From NCBI GenBank assembly GCA_965261395.1, contig OZ253462.1:32001-96000 (forward strand): DNA of 64,000 bases, given 5' to 3'. Source of the DNA: Candidatus Latescibacterota bacterium (GTDB taxonomy: Bacteria; Latescibacterota; UBA2968; UBA8231). The notes beneath the pieces are model-generated. The model had not been told where the DNA came from. It did not search any database and saw only the letters and a program-made list of their open reading frames with translations. Numbering within the stretch: the stretch's first letter is position 1; the number at the start of each line of letters is the position of its first letter. Made by a program: the position numbers and the translations under genes. This document shows positions 8,617 to 17,760 of this stretch, in pieces.

Positions 8617-10136
8617 CAGTGGCCTCCGTGGTGGTGCTCAGGCGCAGAGGTGCCGCCGGAGTCCATGGAAGGCGCGGACGCGCTACCTCCACCGTGATCG
8701 TGCCCGTGCGTCGGCGCACCGCCTGCTGGATACATTGCACTAGGCTGGGCGCGGATCTGGAGGGCACTGTCGATTTTGAACGCGCCATTGACCACGACGT
8801 CCTCTCCCTCGCGCAGCCCCTTGCGGACCAAGTAGTAATCCCCAGCCCGCGGCCCGAGCACGACTTCGCGGCCCTCGTACAGGCCCTCGCCGAGCGCGAC
8901 ATACACTACGGCGCGTTTGCCCGTCAGCAGCGGTGCCGAGGCCGGCACCACTAGCGGTGCCTCGCGTCCAGCCTCGTCGCCAGCGCCGTAGCCCAGCTCT
9001 TCGGCGCGCACTAGGGCCATGCCGCAAATGTCGCAGGTGCCGGGCGCGTCGCGGACGATCTCTGGATGCATCGGGCTGATCCATTTGCCCAGCAGCGCGG
9101 GAGACATGGCGCGCCCGTTGGCCCCCACTTCGGCTTGGACCACGGCCCACACCAGCATTCCCGGCTTCAGCCGACCTTGCTCGTTTGCCACGTTGACCCG
9201 CACGCGCACCGTGCGCGTGCGCTCGTCCAGCACTGGATCGACGAAGGATATTTGGCCGCTGAACACCTCGCCCGGATAGGCCTCGGCCGAAAATTCGACG
9301 GCCTGACCGAAGTGGATCCAAGACAGGTCCGACTCGTAGGCTCGGAGCTCTAGCCACAGCCGCGACAAATCCGCGATGGTGTAAATCGGCGTTCCGGTCT
9401 GCACGTACGCGCCCTCGCTGAGGTGCTTTTTTATCACCACACCGCCTGTTGGCGCGTAGATCGTCAGGTGATCGGAGGCGCGGCGCTCGCGCTCGATGCG
9501 CGCGATTTGCTCCTCTTTCAGCCCGAGCAGGCGCAGCTTTTCGCGCGCGGCCGCGACCATCGCCTGCGCCGTCTGCCCAACCGACGTACCGCTGTCAACC
9601 AATCGCTCGCCGGCGCGCAGAGCCTGGATCAGCTCCTCTTGGGCGGTCAACAGCTCGGGGCTGTAGAGATAGGCTATGTGGTCGCCCTCTTCGACCCGCA
9701 CGCCCGTGTAGTCCACGTACAGCCGGTCAATCCGGCCCGCTACCCAAGCGGTGATGGAGCGGACTTGCGTCTCATCTACCGCGATCTTGCCGACCATCCG
9801 CGTCTCGACCGGCGCGAAGCGGCGCTTGACTGGCGCGGTCTGGATGCTGGCAAGCTGCTGCGCGGCGGGCGATAGACGCAATTGGCGCGGCCCCAAGGAG
9901 TCGCCGACAGCGGGCGCGGCCACCGGGATTAGGTCCATCGCGCAGATTGGGCACTGGCCCGGGCCGGGCTGGCGGATCTGCGGGTGCATTGAGCAGGTCC
10001 ACGTTTCGCCCTGCTCGGCGACCGCGGCGGGTGCGTGACCGCTGGGCGCGTCCGAGCCGCCCAAACCCCATCCCACTGCCAAACCGACGATCCCCGCCAC
10101 GATGCCGGTAGCTATCACTTGCTTTGTCGCTTTCAT
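8616..10136 (-). CDS. cusB: CusB-family RND periplasmic adaptor with two heavy-metal-binding domains and a His-rich tail
   Basis: WTCSMHPQIRQPGPGQCPICAMDL and WISPMHP...CDICGMAL, plus YSPEL and LKPGM. C-terminal HGHDHG...HHHGGH. Confidence 0.9.
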   Translation of the reverse strand: MKATKQVIATGIVAGIVGLAVGWGLGGSDAPSGHAPAAVAEQGETWTCSMHPQIRQPGPGQCPICAMDLIPVAAPAVGDSLGPRQLRLSPAAQQLASIQTAPVKRRFAPVETRMVGKIAVDETQVRSITAWVAGRIDRLYVDYTGVRVEEGDHIAYLYSPELLTAQEELIQALRAGERLVDSGTSVGQTAQAMVAAAREKLRLLGLKEEQIARIERERRASDHLTIYAPTGGVVIKKHLSEGAYVQTGTPIYTIADLSRLWLELRAYESDLSWIHFGQAVEFSAEAYPGEVFSGQISFVDPVLDERTRTVRVRVNVANEQGRLKPGMLVWAVVQAEVGANGRAMSPALLGKWISPMHPEIVRDAPGTCDICGMALVRAEELGYGAGDEAGREAPLVVPASAPLLTGKRAVVYVALGEGLYEGREVVLGPRAGDYYLVRKGLREGEDVVVNGAFKIDSALQIRAQPSAMYPAGGAPTHGHDHGGGSASAPSMDSGGTSAPEHHHGGH

Positions 10137-11398
10137 CGTTGGATTTCCTCTGTGGTTGAGGGTTCGCCGACCAGCTTTTCAATCTCAGCCCAATGCAGAG
10201 CTTGGTCGGTGCGCGCGCGTTCGTACGCTAGCTGGAATTCCAGCAAGGTGCGTTGGGCGTCGATGACCGCGAGAAAATCGCTGCGGTCGGCGGCAAAGGC
10301 GCGTTGGGTTACGTTGAGTGCTTGTTCGGCCTTGGGCAGCAGGCTGTCTCGGTAGAGGGCGCTGCGGCTTTGGGCGTCGCGCCGTTTGTACAAGGCCAAC
10401 TCCAGCTCGGCTACGAGCCTATTTTTCTCGTCCGCAATGCCCTGTAAGGCGGCCTGATAGCCCAGTTTGGCCGCGCGTTCCCCAGCCTCGTAGGACGAGC
10501 GCCACAAGGGTAGGTTAATCGTGGCCATAGCCATCAGCGGATTTTCACCGCGGTCTCCGATGTGAATGTAATCGAGGCTCACGGTCAGATCTGGGTAAAA
10601 CTGCTTTCCGGCCAACTCGACGCCCAGGGACTGCGCCCGCGCCTGCACTTGTCGCATTTGCAGCGTTGGGTTCGCAGCCTGCAAGCGCGCTTTTAGCACC
10701 TCCTCGTCGAGGTCCGACGCGGGCATGGGCAGCGAGTCGGGCACAGCTACCGGCGCAGTTGCCGAGCGGCCAAGCGCGGCATTCAATCGGGCCGTGCCTG
10801 GCCGCTGACGCTGACGCAGGCTGCGCAGTTGGTCCTCTAAGCGGCCCAATTCCACCTGCGCCTTGAGCACGGGGGCGTGCTCTCCGGTGCCGCCGCGATA
10901 GCGGGCGCGGCCTACTTCTTCTAGGTGGGCCAACAGCCGCAAGTTTTCCTCGGTGACGGCGATGGCCCGCTGCAAAAAGTAGTAGTCGTAGTACGCGGCC
11001 TTGACCTCGAAAATCAGCGACCGCCGCACGGTCTCGTAGAGCTGGCCTCCGACTGCGGCCTCTTGTTGGGCGATCCGCCCCTTGAGCTCCAACTTGCCCT
11101 TCCAAGGAAAGGTTTGCGCCGCGCTAAAGCGCATTTCCTGCGGGCCGGTGCGCGTCTCCACCGGGCGCGCGAAATAGCCGTAGGTCAAGCGGGGATCAAC
11201 CCAAGCGCTTGCTGGAGTCACCTTTTCTAGGGCGGCCTTATAGCGCGCCAAAGCCTGCTTGAGCTTGGGGTTGTGCTGTTCGGCGTAGCGCGCGTACTCC
11301 GCGAGCTCGGCGCGGGGATCGAGCGCTGCTTCTTCCTGCGACCAGATCGGACTTGCGAGCAGCCCGGCCAGCAGCAGGGCCGTTCCATTTTTGTACAT
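10133..11398 (-). CDS. TolC/CusC-family outer-membrane efflux protein
   Basis: Signal peptide and OEP repeats (QTFPWKGK, INLPLW, DFLAVIDAQR). ATG at 11398 has a GAGGAG RBS. Confidence 0.88.
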   Translation of the reverse strand: MYKNGTALLLAGLLASPIWSQEEAALDPRAELAEYARYAEQHNPKLKQALARYKAALEKVTPASAWVDPRLTYGYFARPVETRTGPQEMRFSAAQTFPWKGKLELKGRIAQQEAAVGGQLYETVRRSLIFEVKAAYYDYYFLQRAIAVTEENLRLLAHLEEVGRARYRGGTGEHAPVLKAQVELGRLEDQLRSLRQRQRPGTARLNAALGRSATAPVAVPDSLPMPASDLDEEVLKARLQAANPTLQMRQVQARAQSLGVELAGKQFYPDLTVSLDYIHIGDRGENPLMAMATINLPLWRSSYEAGERAAKLGYQAALQGIADEKNRLVAELELALYKRRDAQSRSALYRDSLLPKAEQALNVTQRAFAADRSDFLAVIDAQRTLLEFQLAYERARTDQALHWAEIEKLVGEPSTTEEIQR

Positions 11399-11406
11399 GC
11401 AAATAC

Positions 11407-11559
11407 TCCTCGCCGCGACGGCCTGAGATTCGCGCACAGGCCTCCGCAAATTGAGTGGAGTGTGAGACTTAGAAACCGTCTGGAAATTCCGGGTACGCCC
11501 CGAGCGCAACTGCTAGGGGTTTCGGACAGCTTATTAGAACGAACTCAGTGCGGCGAGGA
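11407..11559 (-). promoter_or_regulatory. Long-range stem sequestering the TolC RBS
   Basis: TCCTCGCCGC, directly after the leader-ORF stop, is the exact reverse complement of GCGGCGAGGA, which contains the RBS. A second helix CTGAG-TTCG/CGAA-T-CTCAG follows. Confidence 0.7.
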
Positions 11560-11916
11560 TTAGATCAGGAAGGAACAGTAGAGCTGGAAGAGCGGGGGAT
11601 GCGGTTGGGGGACGCGGTTGGGCAACGACCGCATCACAGATGAGCGAGGCAGCGGCGGGGTGGCCGCAGCCATGCCGACCAAAGGCGTTGAGACGGACGG
11701 CTGCTCGGCTGGGGGGACGAACTGAGAGGCTGCGCTGTTTTCTTCGCGCAGACAGCAACAACCCGCTTGCATGCCCTCGTCGCCGCAGGCATTGGCGACG
11801 TGGCAGGGCATGGGGGCGGCCTCTGCGACACACGGGGCACAGAGAACCTGCAAGCCGCTACAGGCAAGTGCCAGCAGCAGGACTAAAGACGTGGTTAAAG
11901 GACGAAGGTTTTTCAT
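11560..11916 (-). CDS. Cys-rich leader protein of the metal efflux operon (CutF/CzcI/DUF2946-like architecture)
   Basis: N-terminal hydrophobic signal, CAPC, CH..AC and CCC motifs, Pro-rich linker, C-terminal PQPHPPLFQLYCSFLI. The ATG at 11916 is my chosen start. Confidence 0.7.
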   Translation of the reverse strand: MKNLRPLTTSLVLLLALACSGLQVLCAPCVAEAAPMPCHVANACGDEGMQAGCCCLREENSAASQFVPPAEQPSVSTPLVGMAAATPPLPRSSVMRSLPNRVPQPHPPLFQLYCSFLI

Positions 11917-11994
11917 TATCGATGGGTCGCTTGGATACAGACTAAAGTACACATATCGACGACCGACAACACAAAAAAGTTCCAATGGAGTCTG

Positions 11995-12711
11995 CTACTT
12001 GGCCACCATCTTGCGCATGCCGCGTTCGTACACCACTTCGTACTCGCCTTCTGGTACCTCCATGGCGCGCACGGCCAATTCGCCCATCGTCACCATCGGC
12101 TCAGACCTCAAGAGCAACTCGTCGAACGACTCCTCGGGCGTCTTGCCGGTGGTGTCTAAGACGATGGTGCGGTTCTGGTGAGTAAACAGCGACGCGGCGA
12201 TTTCTTCGTCAAAGCGCGCTTTGACCTCGGCAATGTGTTCTTGGCGCACGACCGGATATTCGTGTGGGCTATCCTGCATTCGCCGAGCGATCTCCTCGTC
12301 GGAGGCCGTTACGTGGAATAGCACCACATCGGGCAGATGGGCCTCAAGCACTAAAGATTCGTAGAGCCGCTGGAAGCCGTAGTGGAAGTTCGGGTAGTAG
12401 AAGCTGTTCGGGTCGTCGCCGTAAAAGCGAGTGTACACGGCCTCCTCTAGGTGCCAGCCGACGATCAGTGGACAGGCGTACTTTTTGATGATGTCCACGT
12501 GGTAGTGGATCTGCATCCGCTGCCCGCGCTCCTTTATGTCGTTGGGCAGGCCGACCAAGATCTTGCGCGACTCCGGGCTGAGCGAGGCGTCGGGGAGGGT
12601 GAAGTGATCGTCGCCGTGGATGGGGACTCGGCGGTGCCGGTAGTATTCCCCGAGCATGGTGGCCAGCGTGCTTTTCCCCGCGTATTCAATACCTGCGAAA
12701 ATGCTGCGCAT
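11995..12711 (-). CDS. P-loop nucleoside/nucleotide kinase-like protein
   Basis: N-terminal GIEYAGKST Walker A. LFHVTASDEEIARR and VLDTTGKTPEES are typical of the NMP-kinase fold. Confidence 0.7.
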   Translation of the reverse strand: MRSIFAGIEYAGKSTLATMLGEYYRHRRVPIHGDDHFTLPDASLSPESRKILVGLPNDIKERGQRMQIHYHVDIIKKYACPLIVGWHLEEAVYTRFYGDDPNSFYYPNFHYGFQRLYESLVLEAHLPDVVLFHVTASDEEIARRMQDSPHEYPVVRQEHIAEVKARFDEEIAASLFTHQNRTIVLDTTGKTPEESFDELLLRSEPMVTMGELAVRAMEVPEGEYEVVYERGMRKMVAK

Positions 12712-12800
12712 GTCTGCTCTCCTTTGGGCTTTTCAAAACGGCGTTCTCGGATATATTCTCAAAAGTAAGTCGCCGCACACTCTCCAGCAAACGCCCGCTT

Positions 12801-13817
12801 ATGCCCGCTAGCTCATCCAAAATTGGCGTCCTCGTCGCCCAGCTCGGTACACCCCAAGCACCCACCGCTCGCGCGTTGCGTCCCTATCTGCGCCAATTTC
12901 TCTCCGACCCGCGCGTCATCGACCTCCACCCGCTCAGGTGGTATCCCATTCTCTATCTGTTTGTCCTCACCCGCCGACCGGCGCGCTCGGCCGCCCTGTA
13001 CGCCAATATCTGGACCGACGAAGGCTCGCCCCTCATGGTCCATTCCCAAGCCCAGACTCGCGGCTTACAAGAGCGATTGGGTGCAGAATATCGGGTCGTG
13101 CTCGGCATGCGCTACGGCGAGCCGAGCATCGCGCGCGCCGTCCAGTCCCTAGAGCAGGAAGGTATAGAGCACATCCTCGTCTTTCCCATGTACCCGCAGT
13201 TTTCCTGCGCCACCACCGGCTCGATCTACGACGCAGTCAACCGCGCTGCTTTGGGCCGGCGCTGCCCTTGGTTTTTCGACCGCAAACGCCAGATGCCGGC
13301 GCTGCGCTTCGTCCCACCCTACGCCGACCATCCCGCGTACATCAACGCGCTCAAACAGTCGGTCGCCGCCGCAGTCGCCCGCCTCAGTTGGACACCCGAC
13401 CGCTACCTAATCACCTTCCACGGCATTCCCCGGCGCTACGTCGATGAAGGCGACCCCTACCGCCGCCACTGCGAGGAAACCGCGCGCCAGCTAGCCGCGG
13501 CGTTGGGCCTCGCAGACGACGAGTGGGTCAGCGGCTTCCAATCGCGCTTCGGCAAAGAGCCTTGGCTAGAGCCTTATACCGAGGAAGTACTAGCCCGCCT
13601 CGGGGAGCAGGGCGTGCGCCGCTTAGTCGCCATTTGTCCCGGCTTCACCGCCGACTGCCTTGAGACGCTCGACGAGATCGGCCGCGAAGGGGCCGAGCAG
13701 TTTTCCAGCGGAGGCGGCCAACAGTTTCACTTAGTACCCTGCCTCAACGACCACCCGGCCTGGCTCGACGCCATGGCAACCATCGCCCGCCAAGAACTGG
13801 CCGGCTGGGATGCCTGA
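12801..13817 (+). CDS. hemH: Ferrochelatase
   Basis: QLGTP, FLSDPRVI, MRYGEPSI, PMYPQFS, TFHGIP, FQSRFGKEPWLEPYT, FTADCLETLDEI. Confidence 0.95.
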   Translation: MPASSSKIGVLVAQLGTPQAPTARALRPYLRQFLSDPRVIDLHPLRWYPILYLFVLTRRPARSAALYANIWTDEGSPLMVHSQAQTRGLQERLGAEYRVVLGMRYGEPSIARAVQSLEQEGIEHILVFPMYPQFSCATTGSIYDAVNRAALGRRCPWFFDRKRQMPALRFVPPYADHPAYINALKQSVAAAVARLSWTPDRYLITFHGIPRRYVDEGDPYRRHCEETARQLAAALGLADDEWVSGFQSRFGKEPWLEPYTEEVLARLGEQGVRRLVAICPGFTADCLETLDEIGREGAEQFSSGGGQQFHLVPCLNDHPAWLDAMATIARQELAGWDA

Positions 13818-13835
13818 CGGCAGCGCGTCATTTGC

Positions 13836-13865
13836 TTGACAATTATGTGTCTTTTTTGTCATACT
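13836..13865 (+). promoter_or_regulatory. Sigma70-like promoter overlapped by an inverted repeat
   Basis: TTGACA-N18-CATACT with an extended TG. TGACAA-N13-TTGTCA palindrome at 13837-13861. Confidence 0.6.
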
Positions 13866-13880
13866 TAGCGCGATTCTGCT

Positions 13881-14990
13881 ATGGACAAGCTACCCCTCGC
13901 GCTCGAACGCAAACTCATCCGGCTCGGCACTCGTCTCATTGACCAAAAGCGCGGCCGACGCCTCGTCGAGCCAACCAAGGACCGCGACGGCTTCTGGTTT
14001 GGCGGCGGCAACTCGGTCCGCGACCCCAGCGATGGCAGCCTCTGGCTCATCGGCCGCTACCGCGACGCGGGCGACAGCCGCACCGGGCTGACCACCGGCC
14101 CCCGAGGCCGCACCCTGGCCATCTTTCGCTCGACTGATAACGGACGGAGCTTTGTCGAGGTTCGCACTTGGGACAAATCCGACCTCTACTGCGGCACGGC
14201 CGTACTCAGCATCGAAGGCAGCGCTCTGCGCCTGAACAAGCGCCGCGTTCAAGTGCTGGTCTCTACCGAAAAAGTTCGCCTCTATCCACGGGCCGTCGCC
14301 GCTTTTCAGAAGCCGGGCACCGGCGTCTGGAGCATCGACGCCTTCTCCGCCACCTCCATCGACCGGCTCGACCCACAGGAGTCGATTGCTCCGCTGCTGA
14401 CCAGCGACGATCCGGCCTATCTGCACCTCAAAGACCCCAACCTCTCGGCCGGAATGGGCCGGCAGTCCCTGCTGCTTTACTGCACCCATCCTTACACTTG
14501 GTCGGCGAGCACTTCGGGTCGCGCCGTGCTCGCGGCTCATTCGTGCGAGAGCCAGGGCCACGACTTCTTTTTCCGCGGCCCGACTTGGGATGTGGCTGCC
14601 TTGCGCATCACCTGCCGCCTGCCCGTGCCCAAGGTGGGCGCGTTCGCTTGTTTGCCCTCGCTCTCGCTCTATTTCTACGACGGGGCCGAGTCCATGCACC
14701 CGCTCAAAGCGCATGCAAAGGGAGTCGTCCGACCGCGCGGCTACTCCTGCGAGGAATTGGGCGGCTTGGCGTACGGCTTCGATCGCCAATTTCCGCACCT
14801 CCACCGCCTCAGCTACCTCCAGCCGCTCTTCGTCTCGCCGGAAGGCACGGGCTGCTCGCGCTACGCGTCCGTGCTGACAGAAGCGGACGGGGGGCTTTTC
14901 GCCACTTGGCAGCGCTCGACCCAAACCCACTCGCAGCCGCTTTTCGGCCACCGGCTCACGCCAGCGCGAGTCAAGTCCCTGCTCTCCTGA
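13881..14990 (+). CDS. BNR/Asp-box beta-propeller protein (sialidase/glycosidase-like)
   Basis: Asp-box FRSTDNGRSF plus SIEG, KDP and YFYDGAE motifs. Host-like codon usage. Confidence 0.6.
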   Translation: MDKLPLALERKLIRLGTRLIDQKRGRRLVEPTKDRDGFWFGGGNSVRDPSDGSLWLIGRYRDAGDSRTGLTTGPRGRTLAIFRSTDNGRSFVEVRTWDKSDLYCGTAVLSIEGSALRLNKRRVQVLVSTEKVRLYPRAVAAFQKPGTGVWSIDAFSATSIDRLDPQESIAPLLTSDDPAYLHLKDPNLSAGMGRQSLLLYCTHPYTWSASTSGRAVLAAHSCESQGHDFFFRGPTWDVAALRITCRLPVPKVGAFACLPSLSLYFYDGAESMHPLKAHAKGVVRPRGYSCEELGGLAYGFDRQFPHLHRLSYLQPLFVSPEGTGCSRYASVLTEADGGLFATWQRSTQTHSQPLFGHRLTPARVKSLLS

Positions 14991-14997
14991 AATTTCT

Positions 14998-15648
14998 CTA
15001 GGGGGTGTCCAGCCGCGCCCGCAGCCAAGAGGCCAAGTCCTCTAAGCACGGCTGGGCAATCGCGTGGGGCATATCGTATTCTTTGTACAGCAAGTCCAAT
15101 CCGAGGGGAGCAAGCAAGTCTCTGGAGGCACGGGCTTGGGCGATGGGGATGACCGGATCAAAGCGCCCGTGCGACATAAAAACCTTCAGGCCCTGTACCG
15201 ACGCCGCATCCTCTGGCACCATAGCCGGACTGAACACCCCGCTCAACGCAATGACCCCGACAAAATCCCGAGGCCGCTTTAGCGCGGCCGCCAAGGCCAT
15301 GCTCGCCCCTTGGCTGAACCCCGCGATGAAGATGCGTGCGGGACGGTGCACTCGCCGCAGCGCGTCCACCAAGGACCATATCTGCGCTAGAGGTTCTTCG
15401 GCCTCGGCAAAATCAAAGCGCACTCCCTCCGCGCCGATCTCGATATTAAACCATGCAAAACCGCCGAAATCGAGCGCGTAAGGCGCGCGGGCACTGACGC
15501 AAACAAGCCGCGCATCCAAATGCGATGCCAAGCCCAGCAGATCCTCCTCATTGGCACCATAGCCGTGCAAAAGCAGGAGCAGTGGCGCACCCTCGGAGGG
15601 TATGTCGGGCGACTTGTGGGCAACGTGGTAGAGAGACGCTGTGGCCAT
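14998..15648 (-). CDS. Phospholipase/carboxylesterase (alpha/beta hydrolase)
   Basis: LLHGYGANE, GFSQGA nucleophile, HGRFDPVI, PHAI. Confidence 0.9.
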   Translation of the reverse strand: MATASLYHVAHKSPDIPSEGAPLLLLLHGYGANEEDLLGLASHLDARLVCVSARAPYALDFGGFAWFNIEIGAEGVRFDFAEAEEPLAQIWSLVDALRRVHRPARIFIAGFSQGASMALAAALKRPRDFVGVIALSGVFSPAMVPEDAASVQGLKVFMSHGRFDPVIPIAQARASRDLLAPLGLDLLYKEYDMPHAIAQPCLEDLASWLRARLDTP

Positions 15649-15655
15649 GTCGCCG

Positions 15656-17758
15656 CTACTTTACCGAGACCTCGTACTGCCCAGCCCGCCGCAGCACCAT
15701 CACCATCCGCTCCTCTTGGCTGATCAGTTCCTGTACGTGGAAATTCGGGTGGGCCTTCTCGTTGCGCCACACCGTCTCGCCGTTGATTTCGATTTGGGGG
15801 AAGCGCTTGTCGCAGCGGGGTACGGAGAGGTGCGTTTCACCGTCGTGCGGCACGGCAAGGCGCGCGGAAAAGCCGCCGCCATACGCCCCCCAAGCGATCT
15901 CGACCCCGCCGTGCGGCGTGGGCACGACGCCCTCGGCGCGTTCGAGCCCAGATAGCTGCGGCCGAATCTCCAAGATCCCCTCGGCCTTAGGCACAACCCC
16001 TAGCACGTGCGCCGCCAGCAAACTCTCCGGCCCGGGTTGCGCGGCCAACGACCCGGCCTTTTCACCCCACGTCCGTCCTGGGCGCGCCAGCAAGCGGCCC
16101 CATTTCCTCTGTACGTAAGCCAAGGCCGCTGCACCTGCACCCGCCCGCCACAGCGCCCCGGCGACAAAAAACGCCTGCCACAAGTCATCTTCTGACGCCG
16201 AGCCGCCGGCTAGGTGCTGCGCCACCCGCACCTGCTGTCCGGGATTAGCCAAAGCAAAGTAGAGCACCAAAGCATTCGTCCAGCGGCTGCAATCAGCGGC
16301 CCCGGCGGCATCGGCAAAAAGCCCTTGCTCTTCGCTCCAAGCGGCTTGCAAGCCCTTGCGCGCCCGGTGATGGGCGCGCTCGCAGTGGACGGCTTGCTGG
16401 CGGTCCCTCGTGCGCCGACACAAGGCCGCGACCGCTTGCCAAGCCCCGGCCTGCAGGGCGACAACAAAGGTCTCCGGCGCGTCCTCGTCTTCGGCCGTTT
16501 GTAAGCCGCTCACTAGGCTCGCTAGCCGCTCGGCAGTGGGGCGGTCGCCGCCGTAGCGCTGCGCCAGTTCGACGAACAGCGCGTGGAAACAGGCTTGTTC
16601 CCCGCCAATCGGTGCCTCGCTGCCAGCCAGCACGGCGCGCGCCGTATCTACGCTGCCGGTCGCGGACAAATCGTTCATGGCCCAAACGTAGAGCTGGACC
16701 CAGTTGAGCCGTCCCTCGCCGAGGGTGTACCCCTCTTGGCGGCTGGCGGCTAAGGTTTGCTCCCCAGTGCGCCACAGCCGCTCCCAGTCTTCGTCCACGG
16801 TTGCAAAGCGCCCGCGCGCCGCGACGGCCACGCGCCGCTCCACCAGCGAGACACTGTCTATTTCCACTTGCTCTGGGCACGATCCGATCCGCATCACTAG
16901 ATAGCGACACGTCGCCAATTCCGGCGATGTCCACTCCTGCAACCCGTCGCGGCACACATAGCGCAAGCGCGATTCCACCGCACCCACCGCACGTGCAAAA
17001 CCTAGGTCAATTACCGCTCCGGCCTGGCCCCGCAGCCGTAGATGGGGGAACCCGTGGAGCAACCGCCCGAAGTCCAAAATTAAGTACGCGGCCCGGGCTG
17101 CGTCTGTCGCTTGTACCAAGGAGTGGGTTTTACCGCCTGTCAGAAGCGCTTCCCGCCGCACGCATTTGGCGGTCTGCATGGCCTCGGGGTGGGCGACCCA
17201 TTCGAGCGCGCCATCACCATCTACCTCGCCAAAAGCCACCACCTCCCGCGCCCTCACCATGCTTTCCACCGCGGGCAAAGGCGACCAATCCCTCGGCTCG
17301 GCTCCGGCCACCACCGCGGCTTCCTGCCATCCTGCAAACCGACCCTTGGCCCACTCAGCCGGTGCCAGCACGGCTACATAGCTAGCTGCACCTTGCCAAG
17401 CATCGGCCGGCCGCACCTGCCAAGGCGTACCAGTGCACAGCACCTGCTCGGCCCCATCGCTGCGCTCAATTTTTCCCTCGGCGCGGAACCAGTCTGCTGC
17501 ACCGTGGCCTAGGGCAAAGATCAACAATACATTTTCGCCATCCCGCAGCGCAGCATCTAAAGCGAACTGCTCCCACACGGCCACTTCAGCCGCCGCTGGC
17601 CCCAATCCCCTGCCTACCCGCTCGCCATTCAAGAACACCTCGTACGGCCCACTCGCAGCGCAGCGCAGTATGCCTTTGGCTGCTGCGCCGGTCAGGTGGA
17701 ATTCGAGGCGGATGTATACGGCCAGTGCGGCCGGATGCCATATAGCTTGTGAGCGCAT
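15656..17758 (-). CDS. GH78 alpha-L-rhamnosidase-like protein, catalytic motifs degenerate
   Basis: YEVFLNGERVGRG, LILDFGRLLHGFP and IRPQLSGLERAEGVVPTPHGGVEIAW give the GH78 architecture. The start is taken as ATG at 17758. Confidence 0.7.
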   Translation of the reverse strand: MRSQAIWHPAALAVYIRLEFHLTGAAAKGILRCAASGPYEVFLNGERVGRGLGPAAAEVAVWEQFALDAALRDGENVLLIFALGHGAADWFRAEGKIERSDGAEQVLCTGTPWQVRPADAWQGAASYVAVLAPAEWAKGRFAGWQEAAVVAGAEPRDWSPLPAVESMVRAREVVAFGEVDGDGALEWVAHPEAMQTAKCVRREALLTGGKTHSLVQATDAARAAYLILDFGRLLHGFPHLRLRGQAGAVIDLGFARAVGAVESRLRYVCRDGLQEWTSPELATCRYLVMRIGSCPEQVEIDSVSLVERRVAVAARGRFATVDEDWERLWRTGEQTLAASRQEGYTLGEGRLNWVQLYVWAMNDLSATGSVDTARAVLAGSEAPIGGEQACFHALFVELAQRYGGDRPTAERLASLVSGLQTAEDEDAPETFVVALQAGAWQAVAALCRRTRDRQQAVHCERAHHRARKGLQAAWSEEQGLFADAAGAADCSRWTNALVLYFALANPGQQVRVAQHLAGGSASEDDLWQAFFVAGALWRAGAGAAALAYVQRKWGRLLARPGRTWGEKAGSLAAQPGPESLLAAHVLGVVPKAEGILEIRPQLSGLERAEGVVPTPHGGVEIAWGAYGGGFSARLAVPHDGETHLSVPRCDKRFPQIEINGETVWRNEKAHPNFHVQELISQEERMVMVLRRAGQYEVSVK

Positions 17759-17760
17759 AC

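Noticed and set aside
11995-12711. Second P-loop kinase as a replacement for the broken viperin kinase
   Set aside because: It is 10 kb away, has host-like composition and a different motif pattern, and nothing links it to the viperin cassette.
13890-14951. 353-aa minus-strand ORF, and similar long antisense ORFs such as 48135-49466, 57226-58182 and 26455-27390
   Set aside because: Typical high-GC shadow frames opposite genes with clear family motifs.
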